Source: Rhina ancylostomus | Lineage: Eukaryota | Length of the DNA stretch: 64,000 nt | Reading direction: 5' to 3' | NCBI GenBank assembly: GCA_030265395.1 | Contig: JARFYF010000058.1 | Location: forward strand, 14,313,333-14,377,332 | Shown: piece by piece, positions 50,166 through 63,349 of the stretch | How the letters are laid out: the number at the start of each line of letters is the position of its first letter | How positions within the stretch are numbered: the stretch's first letter is position 1 | Position numbers and translations under genes: made by a program | The notes under the pieces: generated by a model | The model's database searches: none | Seen by the model: the letters and a program-made list of their open reading frames with translations, nothing else | Told to the model about the DNA's origin: nothing

Positions 50166-50484
50166 TTATGAGTGAGAGTCCATTTTATATCTGATACCTN
50201 NNNNNNNNNNNNNNNNNNNNNNNNNNNNNNNNNNNNNNNNNNNNNNNNNNNNNNNNNNNNNNNNNNNNNNNNNNNNNNNNNNNNNNNNNNNNNNNNNNNG
50301 TCTCCAGTTATGAGTGAGAGCCCATTTTATATCTGATACCTGGCTCTCACCTCTAGTTACTGTAGAAAGGATTTGAATGAAGAAGTAAACCAAAACTGTG
50401 CAAAATGCATTGCTAATTCCTGATCGCCAATTTGCCCAGGGTTAATATTACCATCAGGACACGCCATGTATTATAACCTCAGAT

Positions 50485-50745
50485 CTCTACCTTCAAGCAA
50501 GTAGAGATCCCACACTGCTATTTCAAAGAGCAACAGCACTGTTTTCCCTGGTGTTTTGGACAATATTTATCCCTCAAACGACACCTAAAAACAGATTATC
50601 TGGTCATTATCGCATTGAGAACTTGCTGCCCTCGAATTAGCTGCAATGTTTCCTGATTACACTAGTGACTACACTTCAAAAGTAACTAATTGGCTGTGAA
50701 GTGCTCTGGGATGTACTGAGGTAAATGCAAATGAGTCCTTTCTTT
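50485..50745 (+). mobile_element. DeuSINE-like 3' half
   Basis: CAATATTTATCCCTCAA...AACAGATTATCTGGTCATTATCGCATTG...GTGACTACACTTCAAAAGTA...TTGGCTGTGAAGTGC. Confidence 0.75.
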
Positions 50746-51167
50746 TTCAAAGCATCAAGTGGAAAATTCAAAAGCAGACAAAAAAGGTTAATTACAATTT
50801 AATACCTAGAACAACTCAACTGCACAATGTATAAGCTTCCTCACTTCACTGTTTGCTGATCTTATTTCAGGAGCATTCTGCTAAAAAGTCATACAAAAAT
50901 ACATCTGGAGAATGTGTATATTTATTGTAAGCTGTAAATATGAAGTACTATTGACTGACCAGAGTGACTTTGCACAAAATTCTTCAATCTCTCGGTCAGA
51001 ATCAGTGGCCAATTTCGTCAGAAACTTAAAAGTTAATGGTCTATTCACAAGATGCAAGATCGTCTGAAAATTCAAATATGAGGACTGCCAAAATGACCTA
51101 TTCTTTAGCATTGACTGAAATGAAATCTTCATTATCACGAAGGGATAATACTCACGATTAAACAACA

Positions 51168-51360
51168 AAAAAAATTACAGATGCTGGAAATCCTGAATAA
51201 AAATGTAAAATGCTGGAAATAAAAGATCAGGCAGCATTGGGAGAGAGAGAAAGAGAGTTAACTGTGCAGGGCAATCTCCATTAACATTGTCACTCTCTCC
51301 ACAGATGGTCCCTGACCCAATGAGTACTGCAAACATTTTTTGTTTTTATTCAGATTTTAG
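51168..51360. mobile_element. Fold-back Penelope-like element
   Basis: CAGATGCTGGAAAT...GAGAGTTAAC followed by TTAAC...CTCTCTCCACAGATG in inverted orientation. Confidence 0.55.
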
Positions 51361-51479
51361 AACAAGAAGCACTTGCACTGGTTTCTCTCCTGAAGTCAGG
51401 GTTATGTAAAATTTACGATTCTGCAAAAGCTGTCCAGTCTGTATTGCAATTTATTTTTTCATTTCAGCCCACTTCAAAT

Positions 51480-51995
51480 GCCGCCAAATGTCTTTCCTCC
51501 CATCCTAATCTATTTTTAAATGTTAAGATAATCTCTACTTCTAACATTATGTTTAGCAGCGCATTCCACAGGCTAAATATTAAATGTAATCTTGTACTTC
51601 ATTCTTTTGTATATTATGAATCTACACTTATAAATTTAACTCCATATGGAAATGTATGGCCCTTATGGAATGGGAGATTTTCTCAAAGATATCACCATCA
51701 AATGCTTCTCAAGGGCAGCTTGCAATGATGCGGTCCATTGTTCAATCTGGTATCCTTTGTCCTTGGAAATAATCTAAATAATTTTTGTCCCATTTCTTCA
51801 TAATTTTAAACATTTCAGTTAGAGGACCCTGATAGCCCCTCATTATAACATAACTTACTGCAATTTTTCCATTAGTATTTCCTCAGGTCAAGCAACATCT
51901 TTATAAATCTATGCTCCATTCTTTCCATTACTTCCACATCTTCCTCACAGTGTGAGGACCCAAACTGCATTCAGTGCTACAACTACGTTCTAATG
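51480..51995 (-). mobile_element. CR1-type LINE fragment, decayed
   Basis: CAGCGCATTCCACA and TATAAATCTATGCTCC...ACCCAAACTGCATTCAGTGCT, antisense CR1 motifs. Confidence 0.55.
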
Positions 51996-54477
51996 TTGAA
52001 TGAATGCTTTTTGCTCATTTAGAAATTATTAGCAAACGACACATCAGATTTAGCCACTTGCAATTATAGCACAGTATTGCTGAGCTTTCCTCAGTGTTCA
52101 CTCCACATACTGTCGTCTATCAAGCCTTGCATACACTTTAAGCAAACAGAATAGACCAGTTGTGCCAAATGATTTGATGCTGTCCTGTAAAATTTATGTA
52201 ATTCTGTCTGACTTGGGAGTGCCGACCTTGACTACAAAAATTATAGATGGAAAATCATTTTCCAGCAACTTGGGTTCTCACCTTGATGCAAAAATGTCAT
52301 GTTTTTATTCTAAAAAATGTAATTGAGGAAACAAAAGAGACAAAGCATTGACATATTGAAAGGCTAGTCTGCAACAATAGCACTTCCCCTGTACAATTAG
52401 TATCTCCTCTATTAATGTTGGCAGAGAGAGTTTCTCAGTTGCGTACAGCCAGGAAAGACTCAAATGAATTGATCCATAAACAAAGTGGATTGTGATTTAT
52501 TATAACCCTCCCTGCCGGATTTTTATGTCATTGTCAGAACAAATGTAGTAAAAAGTCACTCTTAAGACTTTACGCTATGAAACCCAAAGATGTCTTCATA
52601 AAATATGGAAGTACTCCTGAAAGAAAAGTCCAGAGCAGTTTCTCCTGTTTCATCATCTAGCGGAAGTTAATGATAAAGGAGATGTGTTTTTTAAAAAGCC
52701 CATTTATGTCTAGATACAATGTAAACCATTCAAGTTAGATCAGATTATTATTTCAAGTCATCTTGTAATTAAGAATTTTCAAGTCTGCTGAGTTTTGTGT
52801 CTTGAGAAATCGGGACACATAACATTTCCAGATTGTGTCCAGGCAGAAGTTTCACTGAATATAAAGCCACGTAAGCAACAGATATTTTGCCGTGTGAAAG
52901 CTACACAGTTAAAACACAGTAAGTTTCTTATACTGGCATTGTAAGCAGAAAATATTACACTTGCGATGGTTTGAATGAGTATCGTGAAAACTTTTTGCAG
53001 GTTTTATTTTTAATTAAAAACTACGCTGCTTAGTCGATCCCACTGACATCCTGGTTCGTCTTTGTTTCTGAATCTGCAATAACTATTGAATTTGGTCAAA
53101 AACCAGTACCAATGAAAAAGTATTATTACTTCTGTTATCTGCCTAACTTTACAGATATTAGGGCCAATATAACCGCTATGTTTTGCTTCAAGCGCACACA
53201 GCTCAATTATTCATATTTTCCCAGATCTGATGCTTTGTGCATATAATTCCATAAAATGTTTTGATCTGCTTTTGAGGGATCTGTTTGCACTTTCGGATAG
53301 TCACTCAATTAAAATATTTAACAAAGCATTTGAATTCTGTCAGTACATTGACACTGGCTTCTTACTGTAATGAATCAATAGAAGAAATATTAACTAAAAT
53401 AAATATACTGACAGTTGTCTATAAAGTACACAATATCTAAGAATCCCATCGGCTCTCCAAACCTTCCTACTAACCATATATCTAAAGAAAGTTTGGATTG
53501 GGTCCAAACAATTTTATCTTGATTTTTAAATAAAAAGTCCTTTTATTGTTAATAAACACATCACATGGATTACTTCAAGACATGTATTCAAGTATAATCC
53601 AATCAATAAGTATAATTGTTTTCATAAGTATTATGCCATTCAATTAACATAATTAGATCCTAAAATTAGAAGACACTTGATAGTGTTAAATAGTTATTAC
53701 AATGCACATTTCTTCATTTGCAATGAATAATGTTTTTTTTGCAAAGTTTCCATCATACACAATANNNNNNNNNNNNNNNNNNNNNNNNNNNNNNNNNNNN
53801 NNNNNNNNNNNNNNNNNNNNNNNNNNNNNNNNNNNNNNNNNCTTTAAAGACTAAATATATCATCAATTTTCAGGAACTACCAAATTCAGGAACTGTTCCA
53901 TATGTTAAAATACCGCATATAATCAACTTATTGAGGAGATAACATCAGGGTTTATTTAAAGACACCCAGTTTGTTCAGAGAGACATTTGTTTGAAGGAAG
54001 CTCCTTCTCAAGGGATCTATGTTCTACAATTCCGTGCCCAGTTATAAAGTTGCTCCCGTGGCTGAACAGTAAAAAAGACTAACCATGTTCATTTTAATAC
54101 CTTTTCTCAACAAGTCATGTATGTGGTAGAAAAACATAAGGGCAGAAAATTTGTTGGAAATCTGGGAGCAGTTCATACATAAAATAATTTGTACATACAT
54201 TCATCAAAATTTTGTTCATCCCGGTATATCTACAAAAGAGGCACATGAGTTCATTTTACATTTACGATTTCCTGAAACTGCAAAGCAGGTGAAATTTCTA
54301 TGATGTTACAGCATATCTTTCATGGTTACATTGAAAAAAATGCAACATAATGAAGCAAATTGTCAGTATGTTACAATGATAAAATTTTACAGCATGGCTC
54401 TGCTCTGGGCTGACTGCATCAGATATTATAGATAACGAAGCAATGAACAAATGTAAAACTGGATAATTTATTTTATT

Positions 54478-54725
54478 CATTCATGTGATATGGATGTCAT
54501 TGACAAGGTCAGCATTTATTGTCCATCCCTAACAGTCTCAGAACCAAAGAAGTAATTTAGAGTCAAACTAAGGCCAGACAGATTTTTGCCGTTGAAGGCA
54601 ATAGTAAACTCGCAGGGTTTTTATGAATGAAATTCTGGCTGTTATTGAGGCTAGCTTTAACTTCAGGCTTGTATAATTACTGAATTAAGTTAAATGGAAT
54701 GGTGGGATTCAGTCTTCGCTGTGCT
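54478..54725 (-). mobile_element. SINE-like family B
   Basis: ATTCATTCATGTGATATGGATGTCA...CAGCATTTATTGTCCATCCCTAA...GGTGGGATTC. Confidence 0.6.
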
Positions 54726-57224
54726 AGGTATTAAACGAAGGAAGAGCAAAACATTAAGCCAGAAGGAAAGAAAAACAATAGAGAAATAACGAAACAATTT
54801 TTTTTTAAATGTAGAAAGCTTGGAAGATGAATGGTAATAAACAAAAGAGTGTGTGGATACAAATACAACATTTATAGGGTCAATTCTTGTAGGATCCAAA
54901 TTTAAAAGTAAACTATAAGTGATCAAAGAGGTGAGCAATGTTGTACCCTAATCACTCTGAATATTTACAGAAATACAACCAACCTGACCATGAAAACAAT
55001 ATATTTCTTATATGTTATTATTTCAATATTTGGAATATCTTTACTATTTAAGCTTGAGTGTTTTACAAGATTAAATGCAGCAAAATCGTTAAAACCTGTA
55101 ACAAAAAGATACAAATTCCTGGTTCTAGAAATCGTTAANNNNNNNNNNNNNNNNNNNNNNNNNTCTGGTTCTAGAAAAGTGTGTATGAATCAAGAAATGA
55201 GAGAACATTAAAACATTATCTGAAAGTAGTAGTAATTTTATGCTCAAATAGATTTTGGAAAACCTATCTTCAAAATCAGAAAAAAATCTTTAGGAATGTT
55301 TTTATCAGAAAGACTTATTTTACGTAATGGTTATTTATGTTCTCTTAAAACCCATGTTTTGTTGTAAAGGTTAAGATAAACTAGAGTAGAAATGTGTTTA
55401 GTGTTGCAATGCTGCTAACTGTTTGGGATTTTTCATTTAAGCCATAAATACATTCTCTGGTGGGGTCCACTAAATGCCAAATTGTAATGTCATGTTTCAT
55501 GTCAGCGACAAACTGAGTACACATGTCTTTTATTTGTTCTGCGTTTTTACTAATGTATCATTCTTCCTGATTCAATACATAATAAATCAAATAAGTAGGA
55601 ACAGCACCATCACACCAAGATTTGCCCTGAAGTAATATTGATTTGCTTCCTTTATTCAAAGCCTGTGCTGTTATTTACAATAGGCTGTACAATACACACC
55701 TGTAGTAATAAACATGGAGGTCACCACTGAGATTTGGATTGCCAGTGTTGTAAACTGAACAAATTATTAATACTGTGCTTATAAAATTCACTTCCAAAGT
55801 ACCAGATTTCATAAATGGATCCACTAATATAGTCATCCTGTTTTAATTTTAGGTTTAATTGCTGCAACAAATGGCATCTGTGACCCTTAAAGCATGAATT
55901 AAACTTTGAAAATCCAAAACACATGCACATTCTATTAAAGGGTTTTGGAAACAGTTTATATACTGATGTGAATTGCGTTTAATGTATGACACATACATTT
56001 TAATTAATAACTTAATAAAGACTGAATAGTGGCCACCCAAGGGACAATTCCAGTATTGCAACCCAAACAATGGTGTCATCTTTGATGTCAAAAACCGTCA
56101 ATTCTTTAACCCTACTGTAATAACTCTGAATAATAAATTAAAATCAGTTGAGTTAAAAGCTTGCCTTACGTATAATTATTTGATAAAATTTTTCATTTCG
56201 GGAGAAGACTCGTTATATTACTTATTTAAGAATTTCAAAGTATCAGAAACATCGAACTTCCATTTAATTCCCGGCACTGCGGAAGACAAGTTAAGGTGTA
56301 ACATGCATTCTATATGGAACTTATCTGAAGACGATCAAAAGTGCGTGAGCGGCGATAGACAACACCATCTAAGGTATGACCACATTGATATTCGTTCTGA
56401 TAGAAGCTCGTTACAGGCAACCGCTTCACTCCCGCGAATAGAAGCAAGCCCCGTTCTGTTCCGTTTCAGGGGCTACTCAGTGCCTGTTATTTGACTCCCT
56501 TTCCATTCACACCAACTACTGTATAGAGCGGGATTCGTTCCATTTATACAGGTTCAAGTGGCGCATGACCGGATCAATGTACCTGCAGAGAAACTACTGC
56601 CCTTCAGCGGGATGAAAGTTCGGGCATAGCTTCTTCAGTACCATTTATACTTGGGAATGAAACGGTAGCTTCAGATTGTGGCTTTTAAATTATATTCAAT
56701 ATTCTGCGGGAAGTATTGGGAATGGGAGTAAATTGCTTGTATTCATTAATCTGGGGGACGGATTTGCTCTTTACCTGCGACCTTAACTTTCTCTTTGCTG
56801 AAGTTTCGTTTCAGCTGAGAATGGGCGAGCAAACCAGCGCTTTCAATCTCTCACCCCGGCGCTGAAGTTTGCTCTTTATTTGCGTCACTTGTGATTGGTG
56901 AGAATGAGATAACTTTAATGTTCTGGGTAATCTGAGACGTTGCATTTGGTTGCCGTGGCATTNNNNNNNNNNNNNNNNNNNNNNNNNNNNNNNNNNNNNN
57001 NNNNNNNNNNNNNNNNNNNNNNNNNNNNNNNNNNNNNNNNNNNNNNNNNNNNNNNNNNNNNNCATTTGGTTGCCGTGGCATTGCAACAAATGCAACCCTA
57101 AAATAAATGCAATTCAGCTTTGAGTTGGCTGCAAGCGGACTATTGGTGAAACAAACCTCAACCGAAAGAAGATACTTTAATTTGAAAACAGTGTGACTGG
57201 ACTTTCGTTAACTGGTGCTTTATT

Positions 57225-58030
57225 TCGCTGAATGGCGGTGTTTCGGTGCTGCACTCACCTAACACGTCGCGTTTCCTTTTCGTTGGTTTCTTGTCTATTT
57301 CAGAAGCCGCGATGCCCCGCTGCCCGGAGTAATCCCCAGTCGCGGCGCAGAGCGCCGGCTCCGAGCCACCGATTTCGAAATTCGCGGAGCTGGCGGACAA
57401 GCACGAGGTTTGTCTGTCCCGGGCCGCCGTCGGCAGCGGAGGGGGAATGTGCCACTCGGTGCGGGGGAAGCGGCCCGTGTGGTGTTCCACGTAAACCCGC
57501 TCTTCTCCGGGGAAACTGTGCGTCGCCGACACCAGGCAAGGAGAAGGAAAATCCGGATAAGCGGAGAAGTCCGCGACTTCGGATTTTTTGTATAAGGAGA
57601 AAGGAGACGGATAGTGGTGGAGGCCGGGGACCCCCGCCCCGGAGTGTGGATTCCGCATGCAGCTCCAGACGGCGGCCCCGGAATGCGAATTGCGCATGCA
57701 GCTGCCCGTAGTCTGATCCATGGGGAGGCTGGAAGGTGCTGGCTGCACTCAGACAAAGTTTTAAATCCTAGATCTCTGCAAAATGCACCGCCCTTTGTCA
57801 CTTCAAGTCTCCAGATATAATTTTGCAATGATCAGATCCCTTTAAAAAAATTTTTCCTCCCCCAAAAAAATAAATGCTCACATGCCTTAAGTCAATGAGG
57901 CTGCCTCCCTCTGAACGGCTTGGTGGGAAAAGTGACAAGCTTATAGTGTGTAATGTGAGAGGGGCGGGGTTGGCCACCACATGTTGGATTACTCCAACCA
58001 AGCAAAGAATTGCTGCGATTAATCACCAGC
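57225..58030 (-). promoter_or_regulatory. CpG island over MEOX1 exon 1 plus proximal promoter/5'UTR
   Basis: Sharp rise in GC and CpG relative to the CpG-depleted flanks. GC box GGGGCGGGG at 57961-57969 and GTGGGAA (RBPJ-type) at 57923-57929 lie upstream of the ATG. Confidence 0.7.
57259..57721 (-). CDS. MEOX1: MEOX1 (mesenchyme homeobox 1) coding exon 1
   Basis: ATG at 57721 opens MDQTTGSCMRNSHSGAAVWSCMRNPHSG...HHYPSPFSLYKKSE...AYPDFPSPCL...WHIP...EIDKKPTKRKRDVL, which matches the vertebrate MEOX1 N-terminus (CMR..., W.C.RNPHS, YPDF...CL). Ends at donor AG|GTGAGT; 463 nt, phase 1. No poly-His tract, which MEOX2 has. Confidence 0.93.
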
Positions 58031-58544
58031 ATTACTGTATACGCAGAAATGTTATATGCACAACCTTAATGGCTTTTTCAGACCAAGGATCTCATAGACG
58101 TTTGAAAATCAGACAGCATTGCCCCCCCCCCCNNNNNNNNNNNNNNCACACACTGGACACTTGCGGGGTAATTTATTCAAATGTCTCAAGGATTATGTTC
58201 CCCTCCGGCGATCACCACCCTGGGCTGCGAACTCTCACGCCGCGCATTTTAGAACAATGCATGTTGCAAAACGGTCCAAGCGACGGAACACGCTCTAAAT
58301 GCGAATGAAGTCCGAGGATGGTGGGTGGCAAAGGTGCTCGGGCAGTTATTCCGAATGCTGAGAGAGCTCTGGTGCTCTAACCCAGAATAAAGGTTCAAAT
58401 TATGTCACTGACGTTCCAGCGGTGTTTCAGGAGGTTTACCAAGATTCATGTAATCTAGGGACTATTGTAAGATGTACAATATGTACAGCATCTTGTTTGT
58501 TTTTTTAAGGATATGCATATGTGTTAATTTTATCAAAGTCAACA

Positions 58545-58890
58545 ACAGCAACTTGTATTTCGTTAGCACCTTATCTATTCTATGGCAGTTCATATGAACT
58601 TAATCAGATAAAAAAAATAATCAGACGTAAACTGTCATTAGGGTGGAAAAGTTTGATGAAACAAAAAGCTTTTAGGATGCATCAGAAAGAGAAAATCAGA
58701 TATTGAGGTGGAATGTGGTAATAGACTTGAACTAGCAGAAGCTTTGGAGAGTGGTAGGTCTGGACTTCGTGGAGGGGAAAGAGAGAGGGATGAGATCATG
58801 GAGGGACTTGAACACAAGAACGAGCAGTTTAGAATCAAGCCACTGTGGTTAATGAGCACAGGGGCTATGTGTAAGTGGGCCTCTGAGAGA
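58545..58890 (-). mobile_element. L2-like LINE 3' fragment
   Basis: Homologous to 11095-11660 (AAAAGTTTGATGAAACAAAAAGCTTTTAGG, GAGGGACTTGAACACAAG). Confidence 0.5.
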
Positions 58891-61800
58891 GTTAGGAAAC
58901 AGTTTTTCTCGTGAATGAGAGGAATCATACGTACCTAGAAATTCATCCCTACCTGGCAGCTCTGATCAAAACTGAATTCCAGAAAAGAGGATACTATGCC
59001 ATTGCCACTATATAATGTTTGGTTCTACTGACCACAAGGGGTTATATCTGATTTACTTATACATATCTCACAAATGTAAAAATAGAAACCTGATGATGTT
59101 CATTTCAAATATTTTTTTAAAATTTCATGCAGTGATTGGTACTGTTTTTGTTAATCATAATAAAAATGGACTAAGATGAATTGTTTTATTGTGCACTATA
59201 CAACTATTACCATGATGGTAATTTTTACAAGCCTAATACTGTGATTTTACCATGAATTTGCCTGATGTTGGTGCAGATTTTAGCTAGACTTTAAAGAAAG
59301 ATAATTGCAAATTTCATGCTTTGTCATGGTAGAAACAAAGAATAATATGTGCAGGATGAAAAATAAACATGTAATCCATGATTTAATAAAACCAGAGTCC
59401 TCAAATGATCAACGTGATGGTATAGTCCTGCATGGATTGAATCACACACAATTTCTCCAGCCAATACACGAAGTTCCATTGAATTGTATCCATGAAAGAG
59501 TTTTCACCATGCATTTCATCATTTTATCACAAGGTATGACAGAGTGATATAATAGTACCAAAAACACCATCCCGACACCTGCTTTGGGATGCCCCTTTGA
59601 TGAAAATAACTCAAAGCAGTGCAGATCCTTGCACGAAAATAAGAAGAGTTCTCAGTTCTTGGGACAATGGTACTCCAATGGTGTGGTTCCAACTGCATGG
59701 CGATCAGCACAAATTCTGATCATTCTACTGCTAATGATCAGAAAAAAAGAATTTTTTTAAAGTTTAAAATCCCAATGAAATTTTCATGATAAGAATAACA
59801 ATGATAATCAAGACTTATTGGTTTTCCCAGAACGAGATCCTCCATCCAGTATGGAAGCCTGTGCCTTCTCCATTATTCCTCCGCTCCAAATTCCCGGTGT
59901 TTTCCTTCTGGTGTTATATGCATAACGGAGCAGAGATTCGACCAGTTTACTATCATGCTTGCTGTTGTGCTTGAATAGGGCCAAATGCTGGAGGAACAAG
60001 ATATTAAAAGTGCAGTACATTAGATGTGATGGTTGTGGGGAGGGTGACAATTGGGTTGCCACATCTGTATTTAGAGATGAGCTGAAATGCAATCTGCAAC
60101 ATGACTAAACCACTGTCCAATCCACATTGCCTGATGCCTCATAAGTCACCATGTAGATTAAGTAAAGATAATAGGATTCAAAAGATCATTTTGTGGGCTA
60201 TTGCATGCCAACAGAGGCATTATCAATTTCACTGTTCCTGTGGCAATGACAGATCAGTACATTTTCAAAGAGAATGATTCCAGAGAACAGAGGCTGTCTG
60301 AGGTATAATGACACTACCGTAAAACCTAAATAAAAATTACATTTCTACGGACATTGATTATAGTCAGTGGGATCTCTGTATTTCAGTTCTGCTACATGTA
60401 ATAAACAATTTAGGACCAATTATGCAGACCCACCCCTTTAAATCAGAGGCTAAATGTTTTCAAAATTCCACTTAAAAGGAGGCCAACAAAAATCAGATTA
60501 ACACCTCTTGGCACATTATACTAAATTGAACATTTTTTAATATACATACCCACTTGGATACCACCCAAAATCATTGATTGCCATATTTTGCTCAGAAAGT
60601 TTGGCACGGCTGTGTCATAAGATTTATCTGAACAATACAGATATTAAAAAGTCAAACAAGAAATGGTTTCCACGGGATTTTGCATCACGCCAAAGTTATT
60701 GGATATAAAGCAACTTAACCCGTTTGCAAAGCCTGTATAAAGTAGGACTCTAATTCTTCAGCTAACAAAAGATATATTAGCTCTTGAAGTGGAACTCCTT
60801 AGCACCACTGCCAATGATATTGAAGAGTGAAACAGACGATAACTACTGGAAACTTCTTGTGCGTGGAAATCCAAAGGAAGACAAAAAGTGCAAATACACA
60901 AAGTCTAAAATAAAACAGAAGGTATTGGAAATGTGCAGTTAGTTGGCCTGGAAGCAGAACAATGTTATTTTTCAGAGAAGTGTAACATTGCAGGTGGCGG
61001 TCGCTGTGTCAGAACTTTTGTTTTTTTAAGTAGTCAAAGCAGAAGGGATCCTGTGCAGGGATGATTGAAACAAAGAATCTACTTCAGTCAATCCCACACT
61101 GCCGTACTCCTGCCTCCCTCTGCAGTTCTGGCAGAATAACTCTAACCTGAAACGTTCACTGAAACGCCTCACTTTCCAGATGTGGACATTTCTGCTGTAG
61201 TTTTCCTGCATTCTATTTTGTTCTTATTTTTAACGTGACTCGAACCCTAACTAACAAGTTGCATAAATAAACTAAACTGTTTACAATAAAATCTCGATAA
61301 AAGAGCTTTTCCCAAACCGCTCAGTGAGCTTTCTTTCTCTCAGTTCCACATGTGGAGTGTGTAGCAAAAAAAAAGGGAAAGAAATGGCATTGAAGTAAGT
61401 CTTGGGGCTGATAATGTGGCATTTCTTCTATGGAAAGATCAAGTTACAGAATTCAAACTGATCTCAGCTGTTTGTGACTGTAAATGATTGCAGTGTAGGA
61501 GTGCGGGTTTCTGGAACTGACTCACGGAGATTCTGACTAAATGAAGAAAGAATTATTCCAAGTGGCATTTTCCTTTCCATTAAAATATTCCTAAGTACCT
61601 TGCAGACAAATAAAAGGCCTGCAAATTTATAATGGAACCATTTATTTTTGCTTCACCTTTTGCCGACTTTTTTGTAGTAACATTAGATATTTTAGTTACA
61701 CTGTTTTATATAAAACGTAAAATTATTAGTAAATGCTACGTTTTTTATTCCAGTAACTGATGGCATATTTATCTCCGTTTGTTAGTTGACGAAGTGAAAT

Positions 61801-63349
61801 GTCTGATCTTGGATCACCAGCGATAAAACCTCGAAGTATCACGTTTATTTATTATGGCAGCACTCCCGGCTAAAGCCTAAACTGTTATTTTACCCTTTCT
61901 TTATAAGCTGGCTTGCTTTGACTGACAGCAGAGTCGTGTTCATTGCAGTGAAGTTGATTTCTCAGAGATTATGCTGGACTGGATTTGTGCACCCTTCCTC
62001 ACATTTCTCCACTTCTGCTTCAGAACAAGAGAGACCCCTCCTTCCATCTTCGCGGTGTTTATATGACGGAGAGCGTGCGTATTTTCAAAGCTGAAAAGGA
62101 AATTCAGTATTTATGGGCTAAAATGTGAATGAAAGTATATTCTAACCTAAGGCCCATTTATTAGAATATATAGATACACTCAGAGAAGACATATGGAAAG
62201 TGCATTACCAACAGAAAAGCCTTGAACGATTGACTATTGCCGATAATTTCACAATGAATTTAAAAGGCGGCGTAAAAATGTGAACAATCGTTTACATTTC
62301 TCGAGAAGCAGAATTATTAAAACAACGGATCGCGTATGGTATTTCCAGGCACTTCACCAAAGATTGGCATATTTTAATTGTGTAAATATATTTAATTTAA
62401 CAACCACTCTTGCGCACCTTTCAGAGCAAGAATTCAATGTGTGAGGAAAACTTGGACATTTTAATGCATTTGTACACCACCATCTGAAGCTCCAGCTCTT
62501 TGTAATAAAGTTATGAATGCAATAAAAAAAGTGAACAGCAGAAAATTTCCAAAGCCTTTGGCATGTGGGCTTCCTCGAGGGAGACGGGAAGCGTTGACGA
62601 AAGACAGCTGAAGCCGTTACATATACAGCTCGCATATTGTCCACAATTCTGTTGGGTATTATCATTATAAATGCAAGATTAGAAACTTTATAGTTGATAA
62701 TATCCAGGACCATTTAATTAAATTGTGGGTCAGTTTATGTTGAATCCTCCCCTGGTCGCTTCTTTGTTTTGTTATTAAATGGCAGTCGAAAACTCACTTT
62801 AAATAAACATTGATAAGTAAATGCATGTCACATCTGCTCGTTTCATGAGTGTTTGGAGGTCCCACGCATAGGTGTGACTTGACTTATTTTCCACCATGAC
62901 TGCTTTCAGTTTGCGGTAAAATCTCAGGTTGACGTTCACCTTGAATTGTACGGTCGCACTTTGCATTCACGTTGGTCGCCACTGTACATTTACAGAGACG
63001 GCGTTGCAGATTTGAAGGTTGAGCAGCCTTCTGGCTTTTCGCAGTGGGAGACTCCGTGAGCCTCCCTGGTCATCAGAGTTAAAGTGGTGGGGATTTGTAA
63101 CCAGGTCGTGCAATCTGAAGCCCAACCACACTCCCGCCCGTGTCCTCCCCTGCCCATTGCCTGGTGGTTGGAAGGGCCCACAGAGTTCAGCTGGACATCT
63201 TCTGGGAGAGGCAGATCTTGGTTTTCACGTTCCGCAAGACTGCCTTCTGGCAGCCAGATCCTGAGAAGCTTAACCCTTGCTAAATGCAGCAATGAATGAA
63301 CTTACAACTTTCTTCTAATCAGTTCATTGTGTGCAATTAATTAAACAAT

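Noticed and set aside
50157-50341. ~42-bp repeat on both sides of an N gap (one mismatch)
   Set aside because: Probably haplotype overlap at a gap.
56943-57082. Duplicated CATTTGGTTGCCGTGGCATT (RFX-like) around a gap
   Set aside because: The duplication flanks Ns and is likely artefactual, so paired sites cannot be claimed.
57232-57828. Long alternative-frame and antisense ORFs over MEOX1 exon 1, and the track's start at 57748
   Set aside because: Expected from stop-codon scarcity in GC-rich exon DNA. 57748 is a GTG; homology supports the ATG at 57721.
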